The translations under genes were made by a program, and so were the position numbers. From a virus: 64,000 nucleotides of DNA. The stretch is from the IMG/VR virus record IMGVR_UViG_3300005529_000023, positions 112,871-176,870 of that record; one strand, written 5' to 3'. Under the pieces are notes generated by a model. The model was not told the DNA's origin and did no database searches. It worked only from the letters and a program-made list of their open reading frames with translations. This document shows positions 26,359 to 33,544 of the stretch, piece after piece. Numbering within the stretch: the first letter of the stretch is position 1; every line of letters begins with the position of its first letter.

Positions 26359-26700
26359 ATGCCATACCGTTCAGATGCTCAAAGAAGATGGGCTCACACT
26401 GCCGAAGGAAAGAAAGCGCTGGGTGGCAAAGCCGCTGTCCACGAATGGGACGAAGCTACTAAAGGCAAGAAGTTGCCTGAAAAAGTGGGCAAAACAGAGG
26501 ATTTAGAAAAGGCCGTCAAAATGCCTTCAACCTCCGTTCCTAGCGTCAAACCTCCGAATCCAAGTAACGCCGGTCAGCTTTCTGTTAAAAGTCCAAAAGC
26601 GAAGAAGATGGCTGATCCATTCGGTAAACCCTCGTTATTTTTCAAAGCAGAAAGTATTCAAAAGCTCCATTCTTTTTTAGAAGGCAGAAAGAAAAAATGA
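26359..26700 (+). CDS. Basic hypothetical virion-module protein
   Basis: 113 aa; N-terminal MPY.S.AQRRWAH motif; ATG 6 nt after AATCTT. Confidence 0.6.
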   Translation: MPYRSDAQRRWAHTAEGKKALGGKAAVHEWDEATKGKKLPEKVGKTEDLEKAVKMPSTSVPSVKPPNPSNAGQLSVKSPKAKKMADPFGKPSLFFKAESIQKLHSFLEGRKKK

Positions 26701-27263
26701 GAAAATGCCTAGAATGTAAGCAAATTAAACCAATAAAATGGTTCTATAAAGGGACACGAATTGGCGATGGAGTATTTTCTAAATGTGCTACTTGTAAACA
26801 AAAAGAACGTAAAAGAAGCGCATATCACTACAAGAAGAAACTGGCTAAAAAGCTTACTCCTAAAAAAACAAAAAATCAGTACATGAAAGAGAGGAAACAA
26901 AAAGATCCTCTTTTTAAGCTACTAGTTAATTTAAGAAATAGAAACTATTTCATATTTTCTGGACTAAACAAATCAAGTACTACCATTGACCTCTTGGGGT
27001 GCTCCATAGAGCATGCCAAAAATCATTTAGAAAAACAATTTAAACCAGGAATGAGTTGGCAGAATTACGGAAAAGAATGGCAAGTAGACCACATAATTCC
27101 GCTCAGAAGCGCTAAAAATAAAGAAAGTCTAGAAAGACTTTGTCATTTCAGTAATTTGCAACCCCTTTTCAAAGAAGAACACAAAATTAAAACCAAAGAA
27201 GACATGAAGTTAATAAAATCAATAACTTATGTCAACAAAGATGTAAACAACCCAATCTTCTAA
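26697..27263 (+). CDS. HNH-type homing endonuclease
   Basis: CLEC/CATC, LLGCS....HLEKQF..GMSW.NYG.EWQVDHIIPL...HFSNLQPL; AT-rich insert. Confidence 0.8.
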   Translation: MRKCLECKQIKPIKWFYKGTRIGDGVFSKCATCKQKERKRSAYHYKKKLAKKLTPKKTKNQYMKERKQKDPLFKLLVNLRNRNYFIFSGLNKSSTTIDLLGCSIEHAKNHLEKQFKPGMSWQNYGKEWQVDHIIPLRSAKNKESLERLCHFSNLQPLFKEEHKIKTKEDMKLIKSITYVNKDVNNPIF

Positions 27264-27281
27264 TAGATAAGAGGTTTAAGT

Positions 27282-27830
27282 ATGGCTCATGAAAAACAGT
27301 ATACACCTAAGCAAGTCACTATCGCCTTACTCGGTAAGGTCGAAGAATTGCTTAAGAAGTCAGAGCTTACAAAAGCCAAAGACGACGCCAAAATGGTTCA
27401 GTGCAACAAATGTGGCGACATGTACAAAGCAGAAAGTAAGCATGATCGTTGTGTAGAACACGTAAAGCAAGTCAGCCCAGGAGTTAACAACCCACATGCT
27501 GTTTGCGTAGCGGAAGGCGTGAAGCCAGAGTCGTGGAACAAATCAGAAGGCGAATACAAACCTGAGAATGAACAAAAGCCAAACGCTCAGCCCTCTGAAC
27601 ACAACTCGCAAGATGCAAGTCAGCCAGCGCAGGGCAAGGCACCAGCAGGCGAGATTAAACCAAAAGAACAAGAGCAGGCGCCTTCTGACAACGTTCGCCC
27701 TACCGAGGGAACAGTTCCACACAACGGAAATCCTCAATGGGGAGATGACCCGCAGGTGAGAGGTCATTTCAAATTGGCAAAGTTCATCGGCCATATGGAA
27801 TCGAAGCGAAAGAGAAAGGTAGTCATCTAA
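27282..27830 (+). CDS. Hypothetical virion-module protein
   Basis: 182 aa, CNKC, low-complexity middle. Confidence 0.6.
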   Translation: MAHEKQYTPKQVTIALLGKVEELLKKSELTKAKDDAKMVQCNKCGDMYKAESKHDRCVEHVKQVSPGVNNPHAVCVAEGVKPESWNKSEGEYKPENEQKPNAQPSEHNSQDASQPAQGKAPAGEIKPKEQEQAPSDNVRPTEGTVPHNGNPQWGDDPQVRGHFKLAKFIGHMESKRKRKVVI

Positions 27831-28105
27831 TGGCTAAGAAAGAAAAAGATCAACAGGAGTCAGAAGAAATGACTCTAGAAGAAGCGAGAGCATTTAGAGC
27901 ATCGCTTTACAAGCCTCAAAAGACGATTCTTACTCAGGCGCAAAAAAGAGAAGAATTTAGAAAGTTTTGGGCGAGAGAAAAGAAGAATTACGGAAAGTCC
28001 AAAGACTTGGAACAAATCTTATGGGTACACCTTCTAGCAACCAAAATGGATGACCCCGAAAAGTTTGAAGCTGGCGTAAAGCACTTTGGACTTCAAAAAA
28101 GGTAA
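27830..28105 (+). CDS. Hypothetical protein upstream of the sheath
   Basis: 91 aa, TAATG coupling. Confidence 0.65.
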   Translation: MAKKEKDQQESEEMTLEEARAFRASLYKPQKTILTQAQKREEFRKFWAREKKNYGKSKDLEQILWVHLLATKMDDPEKFEAGVKHFGLQKR

Positions 28106-28121
28106 TTAAGGAGAAAAGACA

Positions 28122-30272
28122 ATGTCTCTAAGAGTAGTAACACCATTCGTAAATACGAACATTCCCGGCGCGTATCCTAACGTCACGGTTCAGAGTAACC
28201 CAGTAGGACTTGGCGCTTCCGGCATCGTCGTGCTCATCGGTGAAGCTGATGGCGGCAACGGCTATCAGAACGTAGCACTAAAGAACAACTCGTTTACTCC
28301 TGACCAGCTTGATAAGGTGATGGCGACATACCTCAGCGGCCAAGTTGTAGACGCATTCCGCGCTCTCTCGGCACCTTCGAGCGATCCAGATATTACCGCT
28401 TCGGCAAACTTAGTTTACATCGTCAAGACCAATCAGGGCAACAAGGCTTCTGCTTTGGTTGACACGGACTATGGTACGCTCCAGGACCAAAACTGGGGTA
28501 AGCCAGGTAACCTGTACAAATATGACATTACATCGACCCAAGCAGAAGTTGCTCCTACCCTTCAGGGCGGAACAATTCCATCACTTGGCGCAGCCCTTAA
28601 CGGCGTTAGTTTCACTATCCGCTTGAATGGTGCAGCTGCAAGCGTTGTAACCCTAAGCAACACGACTGGCAACCACGATACGATTCCACATCTTGTTTCG
28701 GAGCTAAACCCTCTTCTCCCAGCGGGTGTGACTGCTTCGGCAGGTACCGCTCCAAGCTCGATCGCTCTAACGGTAACTGCAGACGCTGCAGCTTATCGCA
28801 AGGGCTGGGGCAAATCGTTTGAACTCAATGACTCAACTCCTGGCGATCTAACAGCGCTAGGACTAGTTGCCGGCCTCCAAGTTTCGTCTGAAGAACCAGG
28901 CGTAGAAGTCGCAGTTGTTCGCCCAGACAACAACACTAACGAAACATTCGATATTAGCGCTGTAGTCGCTCTCCAGGTTGGTTATCAGGGTACAACTGGT
29001 ACTCTAACCATCAATGGAACTACGGTCAGCACTACTGTTGTTGGTGGATCTGGAGCAAACCTAAGTATCCCCGTCTCGCAGTTTAAGACTTGCGCTGACC
29101 TTGCAACTTTCATTGCAGCTCAGACAGGTTACAGCTGCGTTTGCGCCCCAGCCGCACAGCAACTTGCTCCAAGCAAGCTTGACCAAGTTACGGCTATCGG
29201 AATCTGCTCTACAGGCGCTGGACTACTTCCAGGCCGCGTAAAGAAGGCAGCAAGCGACTTCCAGGCTACCATGGCTACTTCGCGTGTTACCAGCTTCGTT
29301 GTTGGGGCTAACGGCAATGCCGGACTACCTAGCCCAATGACTGCTGCTGCATTCCTATCGGGTGGAACTCGTGGTTCTACCGCAGCTGCAGACATCGTTA
29401 ATGCCTTGAGCCAGATTGCTGGTATTCAATGCAACATCATTGTTCCTCTGTTCTCTCAGGACGCTTCGGCTGACATTACCGCAGGTAAAACTGACAGCGG
29501 CAGCACATATACAATTGCTGCAATCAACGCTGCAACTAAGTCTCACTGCCTAGAGTTCAGTACGCCAAAGCTCAAAAAGAACCGTATGGCGATGCTTTCG
29601 TACCTCAATACTTACACAAACTGTAAGGCACAGGCACAGAGCCTCGGCAACTACCGCGTTTCTCTCTGCATGCAGCAAGTCACTCAGGTTGATAGTACTG
29701 GCAACGTCCAGACCTTCCAGCCTTGGTATCTTGCAACCGTAGCAGCTGGTATGCAGACTGGTGGATTCTACAAGTCCATCACAAACAAGGCTGCAAACGT
29801 CATTGCCCACATCGATCCAAGTGGATTCGATTCGGGAAGCCCTGGCGATGTTGAAGATGCAATCAGCGCAGGTATTTTGTTCCTATCCAGAGACACTTCT
29901 CGTGAATACTGGGTCAGCGACCAGACGACTTACGGCTTCGATACCAACTTCGTATACAACAGCATTCAGGCTGTTTACGATTCGGACATCATTGCACTCG
30001 ATCTAGCTTCGAGCTTCCAGACAAGCTTTGTTGGTAAGTCTCTTGCCGACGTTGACGCTGCTACTGGCCTAGCTTTCCTAGCTCAGAAGATGGACGGCTA
30101 TAAGAAGTTGAAGCTAATCGCTGCAAGTGACGACGCTCCTCTTGGTTACAAGAATCAGAAAATCTCGATTAGCGGTCCAGAGATGGATGTATCGGTTGAG
30201 ATCAAGCTCGCTACTGCGATCTACTTCATCCCAATCAGCATCAACTTCTCGCAAGTACAGAGCGCCGCTTAA
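28122..30272 (+). CDS. Tail sheath protein
   Basis: 716 aa; NIPGAYP..TV, VLIGEADGG N-terminus and C-terminal sheath fold; directly upstream of the tube gene. Confidence 0.9.
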   Translation: MSLRVVTPFVNTNIPGAYPNVTVQSNPVGLGASGIVVLIGEADGGNGYQNVALKNNSFTPDQLDKVMATYLSGQVVDAFRALSAPSSDPDITASANLVYIVKTNQGNKASALVDTDYGTLQDQNWGKPGNLYKYDITSTQAEVAPTLQGGTIPSLGAALNGVSFTIRLNGAAASVVTLSNTTGNHDTIPHLVSELNPLLPAGVTASAGTAPSSIALTVTADAAAYRKGWGKSFELNDSTPGDLTALGLVAGLQVSSEEPGVEVAVVRPDNNTNETFDISAVVALQVGYQGTTGTLTINGTTVSTTVVGGSGANLSIPVSQFKTCADLATFIAAQTGYSCVCAPAAQQLAPSKLDQVTAIGICSTGAGLLPGRVKKAASDFQATMATSRVTSFVVGANGNAGLPSPMTAAAFLSGGTRGSTAAADIVNALSQIAGIQCNIIVPLFSQDASADITAGKTDSGSTYTIAAINAATKSHCLEFSTPKLKKNRMAMLSYLNTYTNCKAQAQSLGNYRVSLCMQQVTQVDSTGNVQTFQPWYLATVAAGMQTGGFYKSITNKAANVIAHIDPSGFDSGSPGDVEDAISAGILFLSRDTSREYWVSDQTTYGFDTNFVYNSIQAVYDSDIIALDLASSFQTSFVGKSLADVDAATGLAFLAQKMDGYKKLKLIAASDDAPLGYKNQKISISGPEMDVSVEIKLATAIYFIPISINFSQVQSAA

Positions 30273-30295
30273 TTTAAGGAATAAGGAGATAGCAT

Positions 30296-30748
30296 ATGCC
30301 ATCTAAAGTCTTAACAGGTGCGAGAGCAAAGGTATACGTCAACAACAAGTTGGTCGGTATCTTCGAAACTTGCACGTACAACATGAACATCGGAACGGAG
30401 CCAATTCATCTTCTAGGCCGTTACAGCCCTGATGAAATTACTCCTACTTCATACGAAGCAGTTACAATTTCGTGCTCTGGATTCCGCGTTGTTGGCCAAG
30501 GCCCACACGTTCTTCCAGCAGTTCCAAAGATTCAGGATTTGCTCACCCTTGATGGTGTTACCCTTGCGGTAGTCGATCGTCAGTCGGGAACTACAATCCT
30601 TACTGCAATTGGGTGCGTCCCCAATTCGTACAACGGAAACCATAACGCTCGCGCTACAAGCCGTGTTACTATCAACTACACAGGACTTAGACTCAGCGAC
30701 GAATCTGGTGACCAAGACGAAGGTACCGGCGCAGTCAACCTCCCATAA
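30296..30748 (+). CDS. Tail tube protein
   Basis: 150 aa after the sheath; VLTGARAKVYV...VG...LGR. Confidence 0.85.
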   Translation: MPSKVLTGARAKVYVNNKLVGIFETCTYNMNIGTEPIHLLGRYSPDEITPTSYEAVTISCSGFRVVGQGPHVLPAVPKIQDLLTLDGVTLAVVDRQSGTTILTAIGCVPNSYNGNHNARATSRVTINYTGLRLSDESGDQDEGTGAVNLP

Positions 30749-30772
30749 CCTGACCGATTCATTACATTATTC

Positions 30773-30814
30773 GGAAAGGCTCTTGGGAGGTATCCCAAGG
30801 GCCTTTTCCTTTTT
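30773..30814 (+). terminator. Rho-independent terminator
   Basis: GGAAAGGCTCTTGGGA...TCCCAAGGGCCTTTTCC followed by T tract. Confidence 0.75.
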
Positions 30815-30816
30815 AT

Positions 30817-30891
30817 GCGGCATTGATGCTAGTGGCAACATGCCTGACTTCCAATCAGGATTCATCAGTTCGATTCTGATATGCCGCTCCA
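30817..30891 (+). tRNA. tRNA-Gly(TCC)
   Basis: GCGGCAT/ATGCCGC, CT-TCC-AA loop, CCA. Confidence 0.92.
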
Positions 30892-30933
30892 CTTTTTTGG
30901 TTGTTTTCTAAAAAACGACTATGATATAGTCCC

Positions 30934-31009
30934 AAATGTGTAGCTCAGTTGGTAGAGCAGTTGCTTGATAAGCGAAAGGTCGTTGGTTCGAATCCAGCCA
31001 CGCCGACCA
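30934..31009 (+). tRNA. tRNA-Ile(GAT) with mismatches at acceptor pairs 1-3
   Basis: 5' AAATGTG vs 3' CACGCCG; canonical D and T arms; TT-GAT-AA loop; CCA. Confidence 0.8.
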
Positions 31010-31194
31010 CGTAAGAGCGGTAATCTATAAGGTAAGTATGAACATGAGTAGATTTTATAAACATAATCAACGCCCAGAGGAACTCCCTGATATGTAGGAC
31101 TGTGTTCATTATTGCCCAATCTCCTTAAATAGAAACCCGAACACAGCCCTCCTACGAAAGTACGAGGGCTTTTTTATTTCTACGAGACGAATTT

Positions 31195-31434
31195 ATGGAA
31201 TTTTACAGACAATGCAAACTTAGATCCAATGGCACCGAGCTGACGTGTTGGATCGAGGAAAGAGGGGCCAGGGTAGGTTGGCTCATTACGTTAGAGGACT
31301 ACCCTGGCCAGTTGTGGAAGGTTATGGACGTTTATACGAAGCTACCTAAGCACGTAGTCTTTGAACAAGAACGTGACTACCTGAATCAAAGAAAGGCTTC
31401 CGACATTAAGAGCGGAAGTAGAGAGAGGTTTTAA
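31195..31434 (+). CDS. Hypothetical protein in the tRNA cluster
   Basis: 79-aa ORF between a terminator (about 31146-31176) and tRNA-Pro. Confidence 0.6.
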   Translation: MEFYRQCKLRSNGTELTCWIEERGARVGWLITLEDYPGQLWKVMDVYTKLPKHVVFEQERDYLNQRKASDIKSGSRERF

Positions 31435-31461
31435 CAGAATAGGGCGCATAGCGCCGACAAG

Positions 31462-31551
31462 CTAGCGGCAGACCAGTCTGGAGTGGTCGCCTGCCTTGGA
31501 AGCAGGAGAGACAGTGTCCTTGCGAAGGTTCAAATCCTTCCCGCTAGACCA
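31462..31551 (+). tRNA. tRNA-Pro(TGG) with long variable arm
   Basis: CTAGCGG/CCGCTAG, CT-TGG-AA loop, 17-nt variable region, CCA. Confidence 0.85.
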
Positions 31552-31560
31552 TTTTAAAAT

Positions 31561-31638
31561 AGTGCCTTCGTTCAGCCTGGTCCAGGACACTTGCCTGTCA
31601 AGCAAGAAACGCGGGTTCAAATCCCGTAGGCACTGCCA
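31561..31638 (+). tRNA. tRNA-Asp(GTC)
   Basis: AGTGCCT/AGGCACT, CT-GTC-AA loop, CCA. Confidence 0.92.
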
Positions 31639-31695
31639 GTTTTGTAGGAAAAAATATACGGATCTTTGTAGGAGAAAAATACGATTTTGAAAGAG

Positions 31696-31771
31696 CTTTG
31701 CCAAGCTAACTCAGTAGAAGCGCGTGTTTGAAGCACACGAGGACTCGGGGCAGCACCGAGGGCAAGCACCA
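31696..31771 (+). tRNA. tRNA-Phe(GAA), atypical T loop and acceptor end
   Basis: CTTTGCC/GGCAAGC (C1.C72, T2.G71), TT-GAA-GC loop, T loop GGCAGCA, CCA. Confidence 0.8.
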
Positions 31772-31802
31772 ACTTTATAGGAGAAATATACGGTTCAAAA
31801 AG

Positions 31803-31891
31803 CTTGTGGAGGTGACTGTCGGCTGGTCACAACGGTCTGTAAAACCGTCGTCCTTAACTGGGCCTCGTAGGTTCAACTCCTACCCACTCGA
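31803..31891 (+). tRNA. tRNA-Tyr(GTA) with mismatches at acceptor pairs 2-3
   Basis: CTTGTGG vs CCACTCG, CT-GTA-AA loop, long variable arm, no full CCA. Confidence 0.8.
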
Positions 31892-31897
31892 CATTGT

Positions 31898-31972
31898 CTC
31901 GCAGTAGCTCAATGGAAGAGCAGGGCACTTCTAAGGCCAAGGTTGTAGGTTCGAGTCCTACCTGCGAGACCA
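31898..31972 (+). tRNA. tRNA-Arg(TCT)
   Basis: CTCGCAG/CTGCGAG, CT-TCT-AA loop, CCA. Confidence 0.88.
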
Positions 31973-31977
31973 AAAGA

Positions 31978-32063
31978 ATTCAGGTGGTGGAATGGCAGAC
32001 ACCCTAGTCTTAGAAACTAGTGCCTGAGAAGGCGTGTGGGTTCAAGTCCCACCCTGAGTACCA
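31978..32063 (+). tRNA. tRNA-Leu(TAG)
   Basis: ATTCAGG/CCTGAGT, CT-TAG-AA loop, long variable arm, CCA. Confidence 0.92.
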
Positions 32064-32073
32064 TTTATACAGA

Positions 32074-32148
32074 GTTGCTTTCGTCTAGCGGCTAGGACAA
32101 CAGACTTTCACTCTGAGAACACGGGTTCGAGTCCCGTAAGCAATACCA
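32074..32148 (+). tRNA. tRNA-Glu(TTC)
   Basis: GTTGCTT/AAGCAAT, CT-TTC-AC loop, CCA. Confidence 0.92.
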
Positions 32149-32173
32149 AAAGGAGAATATGATGTAAAGATAT

Positions 32174-32250
32174 CGCGCTGTAGTATTAACTGGACAAAAC
32201 CATAGCCTACGAAGCTAGAGTTCTCGGTTCGAATCCGAGCAGCGCGGCCA
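32174..32250 (+). tRNA. tRNA-Arg(ACG)
   Basis: CGCGCTG/CAGCGCG, CT-ACG-AA loop, CCA. Confidence 0.9.
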
Positions 32251-32253
32251 GTA

Positions 32254-32328
32254 CCCTCAGTAGCTTATAGAGTAAAGCCGTCGCCTGTGAAGCGATGTAA
32301 GAGGATGCAAGTTCCTCCTGTCGGACCA
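32254..32328 (+). tRNA. tRNA-His(GTG), no genomic G-1, mismatches at acceptor pairs 3-4
   Basis: CCCTCAG vs CTGTCGG, CT-GTG-AA loop, discriminator A, position -1 is A. Confidence 0.82.
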
Positions 32329-32332
32329 AATC

Positions 32333-32408
32333 TGTGCTGAAAGCTTTAGTAGATGAGCAGCGGACTTTTAATCCGTGGAAGAGGGCGCGATTCCCTACAG
32401 CACAACCA
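32333..32408 (+). tRNA. tRNA-Lys(TTT)
   Basis: TGTGCTG/CAGCACA, CT-TTT-AA loop, T loop CGCGATT, CCA. Confidence 0.85.
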
Positions 32409-32412
32409 AGAT

Positions 32413-32487
32413 GGGGTTAAAGCTTTGACGGTGAAGCTCTTGGCTCTTAACCATGAGAATCGGGTCCAAGTCCCGATAGCCCCACCA
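32413..32487 (+). tRNA. tRNA-Lys(CTT)
   Basis: GGGGTTA/TAGCCCC, CT-CTT-AA loop, T loop TCCAAGT, CCA. Confidence 0.88.
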
Positions 32488-32491
32488 AAAT

Positions 32492-32565
32492 TGCGGATTC
32501 GTTTAGTGGGAGGACCACGGTTTCTGACACCGAAAGCCTGAGTTCGATTCTCAGATCCGCAGCCA
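32492..32565 (+). tRNA. tRNA-Gln(CTG)
   Basis: TGCGGAT/ATCCGCA, TT-CTG-AC loop, CCA. Confidence 0.9.
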
Positions 32566-32573
32566 GATTATGT

Positions 32574-32648
32574 TGCGCCATCGTACAGCGGCTAGTACGG
32601 CGGTCTTTGACACCGACAACCTGGGTTCGAGTCCCAGTGGCGCTACCA
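32574..32648 (+). tRNA. tRNA-Gln(TTG)
   Basis: TGCGCCA/TGGCGCT (T1.T72 mismatch), CT-TTG-AC loop, CCA. Confidence 0.9.
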
Positions 32649-32704
32649 AATTATAATTAATGAATTTAGTGGAAGTTCAGGTTTTAAGTAAATATAATTA
32701 GAGA

Positions 32705-32746
32705 GCTGGTGTCCCATAGTAGGTGCGAATCCTACCACCAGCTCCA
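32705..32746 (+). ncRNA. Armless tRNA minihelix (acceptor stem, T arm and CCA only)
   Basis: GCTGGTG-TCCCATA-GTAGG-TGCGAAT-CCTAC-CACCAGC-T-CCA. Confidence 0.65.
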
Positions 32747-32755
32747 GAAATTTGA

Positions 32756-32830
32756 TGCGGAGTAGCTCAGCGGTAGAGCAGTCGGCTGTTAACCGAAAGG
32801 TCGTTGGTTCAATCCCAACCTCCGCAGCCA
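32756..32830 (+). tRNA. tRNA-Asn(GTT)
   Basis: TGCGGAG/CTCCGCA, CT-GTT-AA loop, CCA. Confidence 0.95.
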
Positions 32831-32864
32831 TTTTCCAGCCAATCCCAGCCATAATCTTAAGTGG

Positions 32865-33221
32865 ATGAAGAATTGTGCTAGACCAATGTGTCCAGAGATA
32901 AATCCTCAACCAATATCTAGGTTTACTAAAAATAGAACTAGAAAAGACGGTCACCATCAGTGGTGTAAAACTTGTGTAAGGGAAAATGACAGAAAGCGAG
33001 ATAGGGCGAGACAGTTACATAAACGTCCTTATCTAAAACACAAAAAAGAGCATTGTGAAAAGTGCGCTTTTATAGCTATTCATCCGTGTCAGTTGGATGT
33101 TGATCATGTTGATGGAAACCACGAAAACAATGATCCGAATAATTTACAGACCTTATGCGCTAATTGTCATCGGTTAAAAACTCAATTGAATAAAGATTTT
33201 TTAAAGTCTAAAGTGTTATAG
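32865..33221 (+). CDS. HNH endonuclease inserted in the tRNA cluster
   Basis: CEKC...LDVDHVDGNH.NNDPNNLQTLCANCHRLKT. Confidence 0.88.
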   Translation: MKNCARPMCPEINPQPISRFTKNRTRKDGHHQWCKTCVRENDRKRDRARQLHKRPYLKHKKEHCEKCAFIAIHPCQLDVDHVDGNHENNDPNNLQTLCANCHRLKTQLNKDFLKSKVL

Positions 33222-33309
33222 AGGGCTGTGTGAGCGGCTGAAACAGCTTCTTTGCTAAAGAAGTAGTCCCGCTAGGGACTCACAGGTTCGAATCCTGTGC
33301 CCTCTGCCA
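33220..33309 (+). tRNA. tRNA-Ser(GCT)
   Basis: AGAGGGC/GCCCTCT, TT-GCT-AA loop, long variable arm, CCA. Confidence 0.9.
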
Positions 33310-33416
33310 AAATTCGGAGTACCTATCTGGACGACTACCAGGAATAACGCGGTACACCTAAGCGAGGGGTAACAGTCAAAGAAAGTCACTTTGATATGCG
33401 CCCCTTGTTGATTTTT

Positions 33417-33490
33417 AGGGGAGTAAGATAACGGCAGTCACATTGGCTCCAACCCAATGGGTGTTGGTTCAAATCCAGCCTCCCCTGCCA
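33417..33490 (+). tRNA. tRNA-Trp(CCA)
   Basis: AGGGGAG/CTCCCCT, CT-CCA-AC loop, CCA. Confidence 0.9.
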
Positions 33491-33544
33491 TCCTAATCTT
33501 TACTATATCAGCGAAAGGTCGCTGATTTTTGGCAAGGATAAGGT

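Noticed and set aside
30934-31009. attP/integration scar explaining the broken tRNA-Ile acceptor stem
   Set aside because: No integrase or duplicated tRNA 3' end in the window, and the same pattern occurs in four other tRNAs; it cannot be fully excluded.
30919-32957. Track ORFs 30919..31119, 31462..31704, 31496..31690, 32353..32541 and 32643..32957
   Set aside because: They overlap well-formed tRNA genes and are shadow ORFs.
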